A stretch of DNA of 18,504 nucleotides from contig JALUEE010000016.1 of assembly GCA_027053075.1 (NCBI GenBank), forward strand, positions 1 through 18,504, given 5' to 3'. Position numbers and translations under genes: made by a program. The notes below the pieces were generated by a model, which saw nothing but the letters and a program-made list of their open reading frames with translations, was not told the origin of the DNA and searched no databases. This DNA comes from a candidate division WOR-3 bacterium (GTDB lineage Bacteria > Hydrothermota > Hydrothermia > B15-G9 > WFZT01). Positions 7,834-16,484 of this stretch are shown piece after piece (position 1 is the first letter of the stretch; each line of letters begins with the position of its first letter).

Positions 7834-8232
7834 ATGGTTGAGAAAACTTTAATGATAATCAAGCCAGATGCCACGGCGAAACGTGCAATCGGTGATATAA
7901 TTTCTATGGTTGAGGATAAGTTTGAAATAGCCGGGATCATAATGAAAAAGCTCACTGTTGAAGAGGCACGTGAATTCTACGCAGTTCATAAGGGAAAGCC
8001 TTTCTACGATTCACTTGTAGAATTTATGACATCTGGCCCCGTGGTAGGTCTCCTTCTTCAGGGAGAAGATGCCATTAAAAGGCTGAGAGAAGTAGTTGGA
8101 GCCACCGATCCATCAAAGGCACGCCCTGGAACAATAAGAGCGAAGTTTGGAACGGATATACAGAGGAACGCCGTGCACGCGTCTGATTCACCTGAGTCCG
8201 CAGCTTACGAAATTCCGTTTTTCTTTAAATAG
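7834..8232 (+). CDS. ndk: Nucleoside diphosphate kinase
   Basis: TLMIIKPDA, FYAVHKGKPFY, MTSGPV, GATDP...PGTIR, catalytic NAVHASDS. Confidence 0.98.
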   Translation: MVEKTLMIIKPDATAKRAIGDIISMVEDKFEIAGIIMKKLTVEEAREFYAVHKGKPFYDSLVEFMTSGPVVGLLLQGEDAIKRLREVVGATDPSKARPGTIRAKFGTDIQRNAVHASDSPESAAYEIPFFFK

Positions 8233-8237
8233 AAAAT

Positions 8238-8274
8238 GATTTTTGGGGGCGCCCTTCGGGCGCCCCCAAAAATC
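8238..8274. terminator. Perfect 17-bp inverted repeat after ndk (terminator or transcript-stabilising hairpin)
   Basis: GATTTTTGGGGGCGCCC-TTC-GGGCGCCCCCAAAAATC, 5 nt after the stop codon. No 3' U-tract on either strand. Confidence 0.55.
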
Positions 8275-8382
8275 CTCTCCTAAAATTTTCTCCTAAAAAA
8301 CCTAAAAAAATCCAAATTCCTTAACGTGGTTGGAAATTCATTCTTTATATCTACACTTGCGAGATAACTGGATATAACAAGT

Positions 8383-8458
8383 TCCCTCCCCGCTTGCTAA
8401 GCAAGTGGGGGAGGGTCTTGGGAGGGGGTATTCCGCTTGAAAATTAGAAATTTAGGAT
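8383..8458. repeat. REP-like palindrome plus conserved tail, homologous to 17972-18055
   Basis: CCCTCCCCGCTTGC-TAA-GCAAGTGGGGGAGGG followed by GGGAGGGGGTATTCCGCTTGAAAATTAGAAATTTAGGAT, compared with GGGAGGGGGCATTCCGCTTAAAAAATAAAAAAATTTAAGAT at 18015-18055. Confidence 0.8.
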
Positions 8459-8520
8459 AAAGACCCTCTGCAGAGATGAAAAGGGATTAATCATTTTACA
8501 CGAAAAATTTGAAAAATGTT

Positions 8521-8574
8521 GCCCCTCTCCTTTTATCCTCTCCCCGCAAGTATTTGTCCGGGGAGAGGAGGATT
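8521..8574. repeat. REP-like palindrome in the opposite orientation (unoccupied site)
   Basis: GCCCCTCTCC...TCCTCTCCCCG (8536-8546) pairs with CGGGGAGAGGA (8559-8569), then GGATT. Same layout as the reconstructed unit at 18059-18327. Confidence 0.75.
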
Positions 8575-8869
8575 CTGTGTTTGGATATTTTCATACAGGG
8601 TTCAAATTCCTTGACTTCCTGCCACAGATCAACCTGTGCATCTATGTCCTTAATAAAACTTCAAAAATAAAGGAAGTTGCTGGGACGGTCGAAATTCTTT
8701 CTAAGGCAAGTGTGTTTAAGAATTTACGCCCTCCCAACATGTGATAACTCAGAAATTGCGGGGGCGGCAGATACAGGTGGGAATTCCTTTAAAATTCTAA
8801 AAATTTTAGATTTATCGACAAAACCCTCCTAATACAAAAATTTAATTGAGTTTAAAGGGGGTATTTTTG

Positions 8870-8913
8870 AAAAAATTGATGGGGGACTTTCCCTTCGGGA
8901 AAGCCCCCCATCA
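8870..8913 (-). terminator. Intrinsic terminator of the radical SAM gene
   Basis: Minus strand reads TGATGGGGGGCTTTCCC-GAA-GGGAAAGTCCCCCATCA-ATTTTTT. The single mismatch is a G-U pair on this strand only, and the hairpin starts 6 nt after the stop. Confidence 0.85.
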
Positions 8914-8919
8914 TGTTTA

Positions 8920-10368
8920 CTACACTTTTGCCTTTTCTTTCTCCAGGAACATCTCTTCCCAGATTGGCTCTGTGAGTTCTCTCAACTTCTCATCATATTC
9001 TATCAATCCCTGGTGATACTCCTGATCCTTAAGCGCGATAGCTGCATTTTCATCCTCTGGTTTCACATGGGCCTCTACCGCTATTCTCATAAATTCCCTG
9101 TGGTTGTCCCTTATCGAGCAGGGCATAAGCCAGTTTCCGACCTCATCGCCGGACTTCATGTACCCATAGTTAAACTGCCACTCACGACCTTTCTTGAAGA
9201 AGTCAGACATGATGGCATCGGTCAAATTACCGCCCTTGTTGTAAATATCAATAATGTTGTCCACGTAGTAAGGAATAAAGACACAGGGCATAACATTTCC
9301 ATTCCAGTCAATATAAAGATAACCACCGGGACGACCGTAAGCGATACAGCCATCGGAAACCACTCCACTGTTCCAGAAATCCGCTACGAAGTATTTCTTT
9401 TCAATCATTACCTTTCTCCACTGCCAGTACATCTTCATTCTCTGCTCGGGTGTAGGCATTAAATCAAGGGTAAATCCACGGCCTATGGGCATATACTGGA
9501 AGATCCACATGTGAGTAGTGCCAACTTCCTCGAAGTAGAAGTCATAAAATTCATCGGAGCTCAAAAGGTCTGCATTGAGTCGTGTCCCGGTTATACTGAG
9601 TCCAAATGGAACACCGTACTTCTTCAGGCGTTCAATAGCTTCCATCACCTTTTTATAAACACCTTTACCACGTCTCGCATCGGTTTCTTTCTCAAACCCT
9701 TCAACGGATATAGTGGGTGTAATATTTGCCAGGTCAGCCATCCTTTTTGCCACGTCTTCTGTGATAAGCGTTCCATTGGTGAACATGAGGAAGAACATAT
9801 CCCTGTGCTGCTCATAAACATCCAGTATGGTTTTGCCATTGTCCTCGTACACCATGGGCTCTCCGCCAGAGATCACTATAAACCTACCACCCCAGAGCTC
9901 TTTTACCTCATTAACTATCCTGTTGACCACATCGAAGGGGAGTTTCTCATGGAAGGCCTTTCCTGAAGCTGCATAGCAACCGATGCAGTGGAGGTTACAG
10001 GCCTTTGTTGGCGAGATTACGAGGAACGAAGGTGGACCGTAACCGTATTTTTCCTTGAATTGTGCCTCAATATCCTTACCACTGTGCATGAAAGCGCCTT
10101 TAACGAGGTTCTCTATCATCCTTCTTGCAACATCTTTCGAGAAGTAGCCACGCTGAATATTACGCTCAGCGGAGTAGAGGAGTGCACGCAGCAGGTAGAA
10201 CTTGTCTTCCTGTACCTTTCTCGGTCTGCCAAAGGAGTCGTGATTTACTGTGGCATCATAAAGCCAATTTTCAAATTTCCTTATAAAAAATCTTCTCACG
10301 GGGCCACTGCTTAAAATGCCTCTTGCTAACAATGAAGCCCCTTTCTCTTCCCAGCTTGTTAACTTCAT
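8920..10368 (-). CDS. Radical SAM protein with SPASM/twitch-like C-terminal region
   Basis: CNLHCIGC (CxxxCxxC), ISGGEP, FTNGTL, ISVEG, then GCIAYG...GNVMPCVF and PCSIRDNH. AGGAGGTG upstream favours ATG at 10368 over TTG at 10374. Confidence 0.93.
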   Translation of the reverse strand: MKLTSWEEKGASLLARGILSSGPVRRFFIRKFENWLYDATVNHDSFGRPRKVQEDKFYLLRALLYSAERNIQRGYFSKDVARRMIENLVKGAFMHSGKDIEAQFKEKYGYGPPSFLVISPTKACNLHCIGCYAASGKAFHEKLPFDVVNRIVNEVKELWGGRFIVISGGEPMVYEDNGKTILDVYEQHRDMFFLMFTNGTLITEDVAKRMADLANITPTISVEGFEKETDARRGKGVYKKVMEAIERLKKYGVPFGLSITGTRLNADLLSSDEFYDFYFEEVGTTHMWIFQYMPIGRGFTLDLMPTPEQRMKMYWQWRKVMIEKKYFVADFWNSGVVSDGCIAYGRPGGYLYIDWNGNVMPCVFIPYYVDNIIDIYNKGGNLTDAIMSDFFKKGREWQFNYGYMKSGDEVGNWLMPCSIRDNHREFMRIAVEAHVKPEDENAAIALKDQEYHQGLIEYDEKLRELTEPIWEEMFLEKEKAKV

Positions 10369-10392
10369 TTTCAATCACCTCCTATTAATAAT

Positions 10393-10421
10393 TTTCTAAC
10401 AATTTTGTATGGAATTGTCAA
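10393..10421 (-). promoter_or_regulatory. Possible sigma70 promoter of the radical SAM gene
   Basis: Minus strand TTGACA (10421-10416), 17 nt spacer ending TGT, TAGAAA. The -35 is perfect; the -10 is imperfect but has an extended TG. Confidence 0.45.
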
Positions 10422-10799
10422 GGATTATGAAAGTTCAAATAAAGGATAATGCATTAATTCAATATTGACGAAATATATTTGAACTTATCGCGTGAAAGTT
10501 TTAATTCTTTCTGCAATGTGTAAATCATGATGTTTTAGGGGGATAAAGGAATAACGCTATTCTTTGATATACCAAATTTTAATTTATCTGTTAAGTGTGG
10601 TACTGTTAAAAGTGATAGTAACAATGTTTTACTATTAGAAAACAAAAGTATCATTATGGGATTTTTGATATTAAGTTAGATTGTTCCCGGTAATTTGACT
10701 CCTCAAGGGAAGTTATAGTGAACCTGACCAGCATCCGAAATTATCTCTTAATTTTTAGGTTTTCTAAAAGACTGATTATTGGCCGTTTTCAGAAGCTTG

Positions 10800-10828
10800 T
10801 TGAATACCATGGGTGAAGGATATAAGAT
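10800..10828 (+). promoter_or_regulatory. Possible sigma70 promoter of nrdJ
   Basis: TTGAAT (10800-10805), 17 nt spacer, TAAGAT (10823-10828), with an AGGAGG SD before ATG 10856. Confidence 0.5.
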
Positions 10829-10855
10829 TTCCACACTTGAAATAGGAGGAAAAAG

Positions 10856-13162
10856 ATGAAGCTTAAGGACCCTCAGATTAGCAAGAATGCATTGACAATA
10901 CTTGAAAAACGTTATCTCATGAGAGATGAAAATGGAGAAGTAGTTGAAAGTCCGAAGGAAATGTTCATCAGGGTGGCCCGGGTCATTTCAGACGTCGAAA
11001 ATAATTATGGCGCAAGTGAAAAAGAGGTTAAAGACCTGTTCCTCAGATTTTATAACATGATGGCCGAGTTTAGATTCATGCCAAATTCTCCAACACTTAT
11101 GAATGCAGGAGCACCACTTGGGCAGCTCTCTGCCTGCTTCGTGCTTCCAGTGGGGGACTCCATGGAAGAGATTTTTGAAGCGGTAAAAAGAACAGCTATT
11201 ATCCATAAGTCTGGTGGAGGAACAGGATTCTCATTCTCGAGATTAAGGCCAAGAAACGATATTGTCAGGTCTACTGGAGGAGTCGCTTCAGGTCCGGTTT
11301 CATTTATGAAAGTATTTAACGAAGCCACAGAGGCAGTAAAGCAGGGAGGGAAGCGCAGAGGAGCCAATATGGGGATCCTCAGAGTGGACCATCCTGATAT
11401 TTTTGATTTTATTAAAGCAAAGGAAAAAGAGGGCGAGCTTGCCAATTTCAATATTTCTGTGGCAATCACTGATAGGTTTATGGAAGCTCTTGAAAAGGGC
11501 GAAAAGTTTGAACTCGTTAACCCACGCAACAAAGAGGTCGTGAGGAAAATTGATCCAAACGAAGTTTGGGAAAAACTGGTCTATGGCGCATGGAGAAACG
11601 GCGAGCCAGGCGTTATTTTCATTGATACAATCAATAAGTACAATGTTACACCCGGTGTGGGAGAGATTGAAAGTACAAATCCCTGCGGCGAGCAGCCACT
11701 TTTGCCTTATGAATCCTGTAATCTTGGAAGCATCAATCTCGCTAAGTTTGTAAAAGGAAAGCCCCTATTTTTAGAACTTAAACGTGTTGCAACTTATGAT
11801 GAAGCCATCGAAAGAATTGATTGGGATGGTTTGAGAGAGACCGTTCGCGATGCCATACACTTTCTCGACAACGTAATTGATGCTAACAACTTCCCGTTTG
11901 AAGAGATTGCTCAAATGACCCGCGCAAATAGAAAGATTGGACTGGGAATTATGGGATTTGCCGATATGCTTTACCAGCTTGCTATACCCTACAGGAGTGA
12001 GGATGCGCTAAAGATTGCAGAAAAGGTGATGTCTTTTATCCAGAGTGTTGCAGAGGAGAAATCTGTTGAGCTCGGAGAGCAAAAGGGCTCATTTCCAAAT
12101 ATTGATAAGAGCATTCACAAACCTCCAAGAAGAAATGCAACTGTAACCACAATAGCGCCAACGGGCACAATTTCAATGATTTCCGATACCTCATCCGGGA
12201 TCGAGCCTATCTTTACTCTGGTTTATGTAAAGCATGTCCTTGACGGAGAAGACCTGCTTTATGCCAATAAATATTTCGAGCTCGCTGCGAAGGAGCTCGG
12301 ATTTTATTCAAAGGAACTGATGGAGAAACTCGCAAGCGAACGTTCAATCAAAGGATACGATGAAATTCCCGAGTTTATAAGGGAAATATTTGATACTACC
12401 TTTGATGTCTCCCCAGAGCAGCACGTGAGGATGCAGGCTGCATTCCAGAAATATGTTGATAACGCTGTATCTAAGACCATCAATATGCCAAATTCCGCCA
12501 CGGTTGAGGACGTGGATAAGGTTTACAGAATGGCATACAAGCTGGGACTCAAAGGACTGACCGTTTACCGTGACGGCTCGAGGCAGGAGCAGGTTATAAG
12601 TGTTGCGAAGGAAGAGAAGAGAAAGATGCCAGGGTCTCTTGTGCCAAGGCCAAGACCTATAACTGTGACCGGCAAGACCTACAAGATGATGACGGATATG
12701 GGAAGCCTTTATGTAACGGTCAACGAAGATGGATACGGTCCATTTGAGGTATTTGTCCATCTTGGAAAATCCGGCTCCGCTTCAATGGCCTTTACCGAGG
12801 CCATAGGAAGGCTAATATCCCTGTGTCTTAGAACAGGAGTGTCGCCAAAGGCTGTAATCAAGCAGCTAAAGGGTATAAAGAGCTCCACACCCGTGAGACA
12901 GGAAAATGGAGACGTGGTATTTTCTGTTCCCGATGCCATTGCCAAAGTACTCGAAAAGTACCTTGCCGGTGGAGAGCAGCTTGAGCTTTTGAGCTCCAGA
13001 AAACCTCTCTCACAGGTTGGTTTCAAGCTTGAGGTAGGGAAAAAGGTGGAAAGTGAGGATCACCACCACGAGGCTGAGATATGTCCGGAATGTGGTGGGG
13101 TTCTGGTCTATCAAGAAGGTTGTTACGTTTGCCGCGATTGCGGTTATTCAAAGTGTGAATGA
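10856..13162 (+). CDS. nrdJ: Class II (adenosylcobalamin-dependent) ribonucleotide reductase
   Basis: PNSPTLMNAG, QLSACFV, GGGTG, RRGANM, TNPCGEQPL, CNLGSINL, TIAPTGTIS, SKTIN, TVYRDGSR; C-terminal TSCPD-like domain and CPECG...EGCYVCRDCGYSKC. No N-terminal ATP cone and no adjacent nrdB. Confidence 0.96.
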   Translation: MKLKDPQISKNALTILEKRYLMRDENGEVVESPKEMFIRVARVISDVENNYGASEKEVKDLFLRFYNMMAEFRFMPNSPTLMNAGAPLGQLSACFVLPVGDSMEEIFEAVKRTAIIHKSGGGTGFSFSRLRPRNDIVRSTGGVASGPVSFMKVFNEATEAVKQGGKRRGANMGILRVDHPDIFDFIKAKEKEGELANFNISVAITDRFMEALEKGEKFELVNPRNKEVVRKIDPNEVWEKLVYGAWRNGEPGVIFIDTINKYNVTPGVGEIESTNPCGEQPLLPYESCNLGSINLAKFVKGKPLFLELKRVATYDEAIERIDWDGLRETVRDAIHFLDNVIDANNFPFEEIAQMTRANRKIGLGIMGFADMLYQLAIPYRSEDALKIAEKVMSFIQSVAEEKSVELGEQKGSFPNIDKSIHKPPRRNATVTTIAPTGTISMISDTSSGIEPIFTLVYVKHVLDGEDLLYANKYFELAAKELGFYSKELMEKLASERSIKGYDEIPEFIREIFDTTFDVSPEQHVRMQAAFQKYVDNAVSKTINMPNSATVEDVDKVYRMAYKLGLKGLTVYRDGSRQEQVISVAKEEKRKMPGSLVPRPRPITVTGKTYKMMTDMGSLYVTVNEDGYGPFEVFVHLGKSGSASMAFTEAIGRLISLCLRTGVSPKAVIKQLKGIKSSTPVRQENGDVVFSVPDAIAKVLEKYLAGGEQLELLSSRKPLSQVGFKLEVGKKVESEDHHHEAEICPECGGVLVYQEGCYVCRDCGYSKCE

Positions 13163-13168
13163 GAGGTT

Positions 13169-13195
13169 AGGGCGGCGCCCTTTGGGCGCCGCCCT
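13169..13195 (+). terminator. Hairpin after nrdJ
   Basis: AGGGCGGCGCCC-TTT-GGGCGCCGCCCT, a perfect 12-bp stem 6 nt after the stop; weak U-tract. Confidence 0.65.
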
Positions 13196-13255
13196 TACAT
13201 TAATAAAAACATTCTCCCCACACTCTCAACTCATTCCAGATTTCTTACCGTTCTC

Positions 13256-13284
13256 TTGCATAAACATGCGTTGTTTTTTATAAT
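13256..13284 (+). promoter_or_regulatory. Sigma70 promoter of gatCAB-aspS
   Basis: TTGCAT (13256-13261), 17 nt spacer, TATAAT (13279-13284). Confidence 0.75.
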
Positions 13285-13341
13285 TTCAGGGCACGCTCTT
13301 CTGAAACTTCGAAAAATCCTTATTTTCCCGGAGATTTTGCC

Positions 13342-13620
13342 ATGAAAGATATTGAATTGGTGAGGTATGTTGCGAAACTTTCCGCAATTAAACTCACAGA
13401 GGAAGAAGAGATAAAATTCTCGAAACAATTTTCAAAAATAATCGAGTACTTTAACACGCTAAACGAGCTTGACCTCGGTGACGTGGAGCCTGTTTTCTCA
13501 GCATTACCGCTCAAAAATGTTATGAGGGCCGACATCGCTGAGGCTAAGAACCCGGAGAAAATTCTGGATAATGCCCCGGACAGGGAAGAAAATTACTTCA
13601 AAACACCAAAAACGATATGA
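13342..13620 (+). CDS. gatC: Asp-tRNA(Asn)/Glu-tRNA(Gln) amidotransferase subunit C
   Basis: VAKLSAIKL...IIEYFNTLNELD...NVMRAD...ILDNAP...YFKTPK; overlaps the gatA start (ATGA). Confidence 0.93.
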   Translation: MKDIELVRYVAKLSAIKLTEEEEIKFSKQFSKIIEYFNTLNELDLGDVEPVFSALPLKNVMRADIAEAKNPEKILDNAPDREENYFKTPKTI

Positions 13621-15053
13621 AAATAGAAGACTTTAGTATTTTTGAACTCTCATACCTTGTAAAAAAACGACAGATCAGACCCTCAGCAATAGTTGAGCAC
13701 TACCTGAAAAACATCGAAGATAAGAATGACGAGCTAAACGCATTCATATCCATAAATGAAAAGGTCCTTGATGAAGCGAAAGAATTGGACGCGCGGCTTG
13801 ATAGGGGAGAGGAGTTGCCGGTTTATGCAGGTATCCCACTTGCCATCAAAGATAATATCAATATTGAGGGAATGGAAACCACATGTGCCTCTGAAATTCT
13901 GCGCGGTTATGAGGCCACTTATGATGCCACAGTCATTAAAAAGCTGAGGGAAAAGGGATTTTTGTTTATCGGGAAAACAAATCTTGATGAATTTGCTATG
14001 GGTTCGAGTACAGAGTTCTCGGCCTTTGGCCCTTCAAGGAATCCATACAATCCTGAGTACGTTACAGGTGGCAGTAGTGGAGGTTCAGCTGCTGCGGTGG
14101 CTGCAAAGATGGCTCAGGCAGCCCTCGGGTCTGATACCGGTGGTTCAATTAGACTCCCCGCATCCTTCTGCGGTGTATATGGGCTCAAACCGACTTATGG
14201 TAGGGTTTCGAGATTTGGTCTTGTTGCCTATGCCTCTTCTCTTGATCAGATTGGACCTCTGGCCCGGAATGTCGAAGACATCGCAATTCTCCTCTCAGTC
14301 ATTGCAGGATGGGATTCAAAGGATTCCACCACCTCAAACATGCCGGTTTCGGACTATTTTGAATATGTATTCGAAAACAGGAAAAAAGAGGAGTACAGGA
14401 TTGCACTTCCTAAAGAATACTGGGGAGAAGGACTTGATGAGAAGGTTCGCGAGCCTCTTGAGGAATTCATCGGATTCTTAAAGATGAACCGTTTCAAGGT
14501 AGAAAGAGTCTCGCTTCCCCATACCCGTTATGCCATTCCTGCGTATTACATAATTGCAACTGCTGAGGCAAGCTCCAATTTAGGTAGATTCGATGGTGTG
14601 AGATATGGAAGGAGAAAAACGGGCCGAAACTTTAGAGAGATGATAGAAAACACCCGTGGAGAGTTTTTCGGAGAAGAGGTAAAAAGGAGAATTCTTCTTG
14701 GCACATTTGCGCTGTCCACAGGTTACTATGAGGACTATTATCTCAAGGCTCAGAAGGCAAGGACATTGATTATTAACGATTTCAGAAACGTCTTTCATGA
14801 ATTTGACTTTGTGATTGCCCCAACTTCGCCAACTCTTCCTTTTAAAATTGGTGAGAAGATGGATGACCCGCTGAAAATGTACCTTTCGGACATTTACACG
14901 GTGTCACCGAACCTTGCGGGATTGCCTGCGATCAACATCCCTGTGGGCACGAGTGATGGTTTGCCGGTCGGAATTCAGCTTATTGGCAACTATTTTAGCG
15001 AGAACCGTATGCTTAAGTTTGCTTACTTTGTAGAGAAGGAGTACCGGAGGTGA
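13617..15053 (+). CDS. gatA: Amidotransferase subunit A
   Basis: AIKDNI, GKTNLDEFAMGSSTE, GGSSGGSAAAV, GSDTGGSIRLPA, SSNLGRFDGVRYG, EVKRRILLG. Confidence 0.98.
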   Translation: MKIEDFSIFELSYLVKKRQIRPSAIVEHYLKNIEDKNDELNAFISINEKVLDEAKELDARLDRGEELPVYAGIPLAIKDNINIEGMETTCASEILRGYEATYDATVIKKLREKGFLFIGKTNLDEFAMGSSTEFSAFGPSRNPYNPEYVTGGSSGGSAAAVAAKMAQAALGSDTGGSIRLPASFCGVYGLKPTYGRVSRFGLVAYASSLDQIGPLARNVEDIAILLSVIAGWDSKDSTTSNMPVSDYFEYVFENRKKEEYRIALPKEYWGEGLDEKVREPLEEFIGFLKMNRFKVERVSLPHTRYAIPAYYIIATAEASSNLGRFDGVRYGRRKTGRNFREMIENTRGEFFGEEVKRRILLGTFALSTGYYEDYYLKAQKARTLIINDFRNVFHEFDFVIAPTSPTLPFKIGEKMDDPLKMYLSDIYTVSPNLAGLPAINIPVGTSDGLPVGIQLIGNYFSENRMLKFAYFVEKEYRR

Positions 15054-15056
15054 GGA

Positions 15057-16484
15057 ATGGACGTTGTAATCGGCCTTGAGGTTCATGTTCAGCTCAAAAC
15101 GAAATCCAAGATTTTCTGTACCTGCTCGGCTGAATACACGAAAGATGTTCCACCAAATACGCATATTTGTGAGGTTTGCACTGGCCAGCCCGGGGCACTT
15201 CCTGGGTTTAATAGAAAAGTGCTGGAATACGGTATCCTTCTGGCACTTGCAACCAGGGGAAAGATTAATCCGGTTATAAGGTTTGAACGAAAGAACTATT
15301 TTTATCCGGACTTGCCGAAATCTTATCAGATTTCCCAGTACCGTGCACCTCTGTCGCTTGGGGGCTTTATTGAGCTAAAGAGTGGCAAAAAGATTCGTCT
15401 CGAGCGTATTCACATGGAAGAGGATGCAGGGAAGCTTATTCATGTCGCGGGAGAAACATTCATTGATTTTAATAGAGCAGGTGTGCCCCTTTTAGAGATT
15501 GTGACAAAACCCGATATTTCTTCCCCTGAGGAAGCAGTTGAATTTTTGATGTTACTTCGTGAAACCGTCAGATATCTTGGAATTTCAGATGGAGATATGG
15601 AAGAGGGCTCACTCAGGTGCGATGCAAATATCTCCGTAAAGCCCGAGGGTCAGAAGGAACTTGGCACAAAGGTTGAGATTAAAAACATAAACTCCTTCAA
15701 ATTTGTGAAGCGAGCGCTTGAATTTGAGATTGAAAGACAGGCAGAGCTTTTAAGGGAAGGGGGTAAAGTGGTTCAGGAAACGCGTTTGTTTAATGAGTCC
15801 AAGGGGATTACGGAAAGCATGCGAACAAAGGAAGAGGCTCATGATTACCGCTATTTCCCTGACCCTGACCTTGTGCCCATTGAAATTACTGAGGATTTAA
15901 TTGAAGAAGTAAAAAAGGGACTTGTGGAGCTTCCGATTGAGAAATACAGACGATTTATCAGGGATTACGGACTTACAGAGGAACGTGCGAATATTTTGAA
16001 ATCAGACCTGTATTTAGCAAATTTTTTTGAGGAAACTGTAAAAAAGATTGGCCAGCCGGAGAAGGTCGCAAACTGGTTGACAGTGGAGATTACGGGCATT
16101 TCCCGTGAGCTTGGAATTGAGCTTAAGGATTCAAAATTGACACCCGAGAGATTTTCATCATTGCTTGGATTACTTTTCGAGGGCAGAATCTCACGGGCTG
16201 TAGCGAAAAAACTGTTAAAGAGGATATACGAGACTGGAGAGGACCCCCTTGAAATAGTCGAAAAGGAAGGGCTTACCCAGAGTGAGGGTGGGCTTGAACC
16301 AATGGTGCAAAAGATTTTGGAGACACATTCTGAGCAGGTGAAACAGTATTGCAAGGGCAAAGAAAAGCTTATCTCGTTTTTTATAGGTCAGGCAATGAGG
16401 GAGACAAGGGGAACAGCTGACCCTGTGGAGCTTAAAAAATTGTTTGAGGAGAAGCTTAAAGATGCCTGCAAGAGTATGGATTGA
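15057..16484 (+). CDS. gatB: Amidotransferase subunit B
   Basis: IGLEVHVQL, RKNYFYPDLPKSYQISQ, HMEEDAGK, GSLRCDANIS, VEIKNINSF, DYRYFPDPDL. Confidence 0.98.
   Translation: MDVVIGLEVHVQLKTKSKIFCTCSAEYTKDVPPNTHICEVCTGQPGALPGFNRKVLEYGILLALATRGKINPVIRFERKNYFYPDLPKSYQISQYRAPLSLGGFIELKSGKKIRLERIHMEEDAGKLIHVAGETFIDFNRAGVPLLEIVTKPDISSPEEAVEFLMLLRETVRYLGISDGDMEEGSLRCDANISVKPEGQKELGTKVEIKNINSFKFVKRALEFEIERQAELLREGGKVVQETRLFNESKGITESMRTKEEAHDYRYFPDPDLVPIEITEDLIEEVKKGLVELPIEKYRRFIRDYGLTEERANILKSDLYLANFFEETVKKIGQPEKVANWLTVEITGISRELGIELKDSKLTPERFSSLLGLLFEGRISRAVAKKLLKRIYETGEDPLEIVEKEGLTQSEGGLEPMVQKILETHSEQVKQYCKGKEKLISFFIGQAMRETRGTADPVELKKLFEEKLKDACKSMD

Larger units (their letters stand above)
8323..8602. 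mobile_element. Probable degenerate MITE/REPIN-like element with two opposed REP-like hairpins
   Basis: 10-bp direct repeat CAAATTCCTT at 8313-8322 and 8603-8612. Ends are AACGTGGTTGGAAA and AACCCTGTATGAAA (rc), 9/14 match; the latter resembles the GAGCCTGTTCGAAAA end of 4133-4484. Confidence 0.5.

Noticed and set aside
8682..8826. Another possible TIR pair (GGGACGGTCGAAAT / GGGTTTTGTCGATAAA)
   Set aside because: Weak match and no flanking direct repeat.
9013..10314. Antisense and alternate-frame ORFs overlapping the radical SAM gene (and similar ones within nrdJ, gatAB, aspS and the oxidoreductase genes)
   Set aside because: Shadow frames of well-supported genes, with no motifs or ribosome-binding sites.
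10700..10800. Possible cobalamin riboswitch upstream of B12-dependent nrdJ (AAGGGAAGTTATAGTGAACCTGACCAGC)
   Set aside because: Only a faint echo of the 5' core. No CCCGC-ACTGT segment or B12 box, and the best promoter lies downstream of it. An Infernal search with Rfam cobalamin models would settle it.
10856..13162. Intein or intron in nrdJ; loss of Cys in the TSCPD-like motif (FSVPD)
   Set aside because: The ORF is continuous and of normal length with no splicing motifs. Cys-less variants of this domain are not unusual to my knowledge, and the catalytic and C-terminal Cys are intact.
13285..13341. T-box leader before gatCAB-aspS
   Set aside because: The leader is only ~50 nt and has no T-box motif or terminator.
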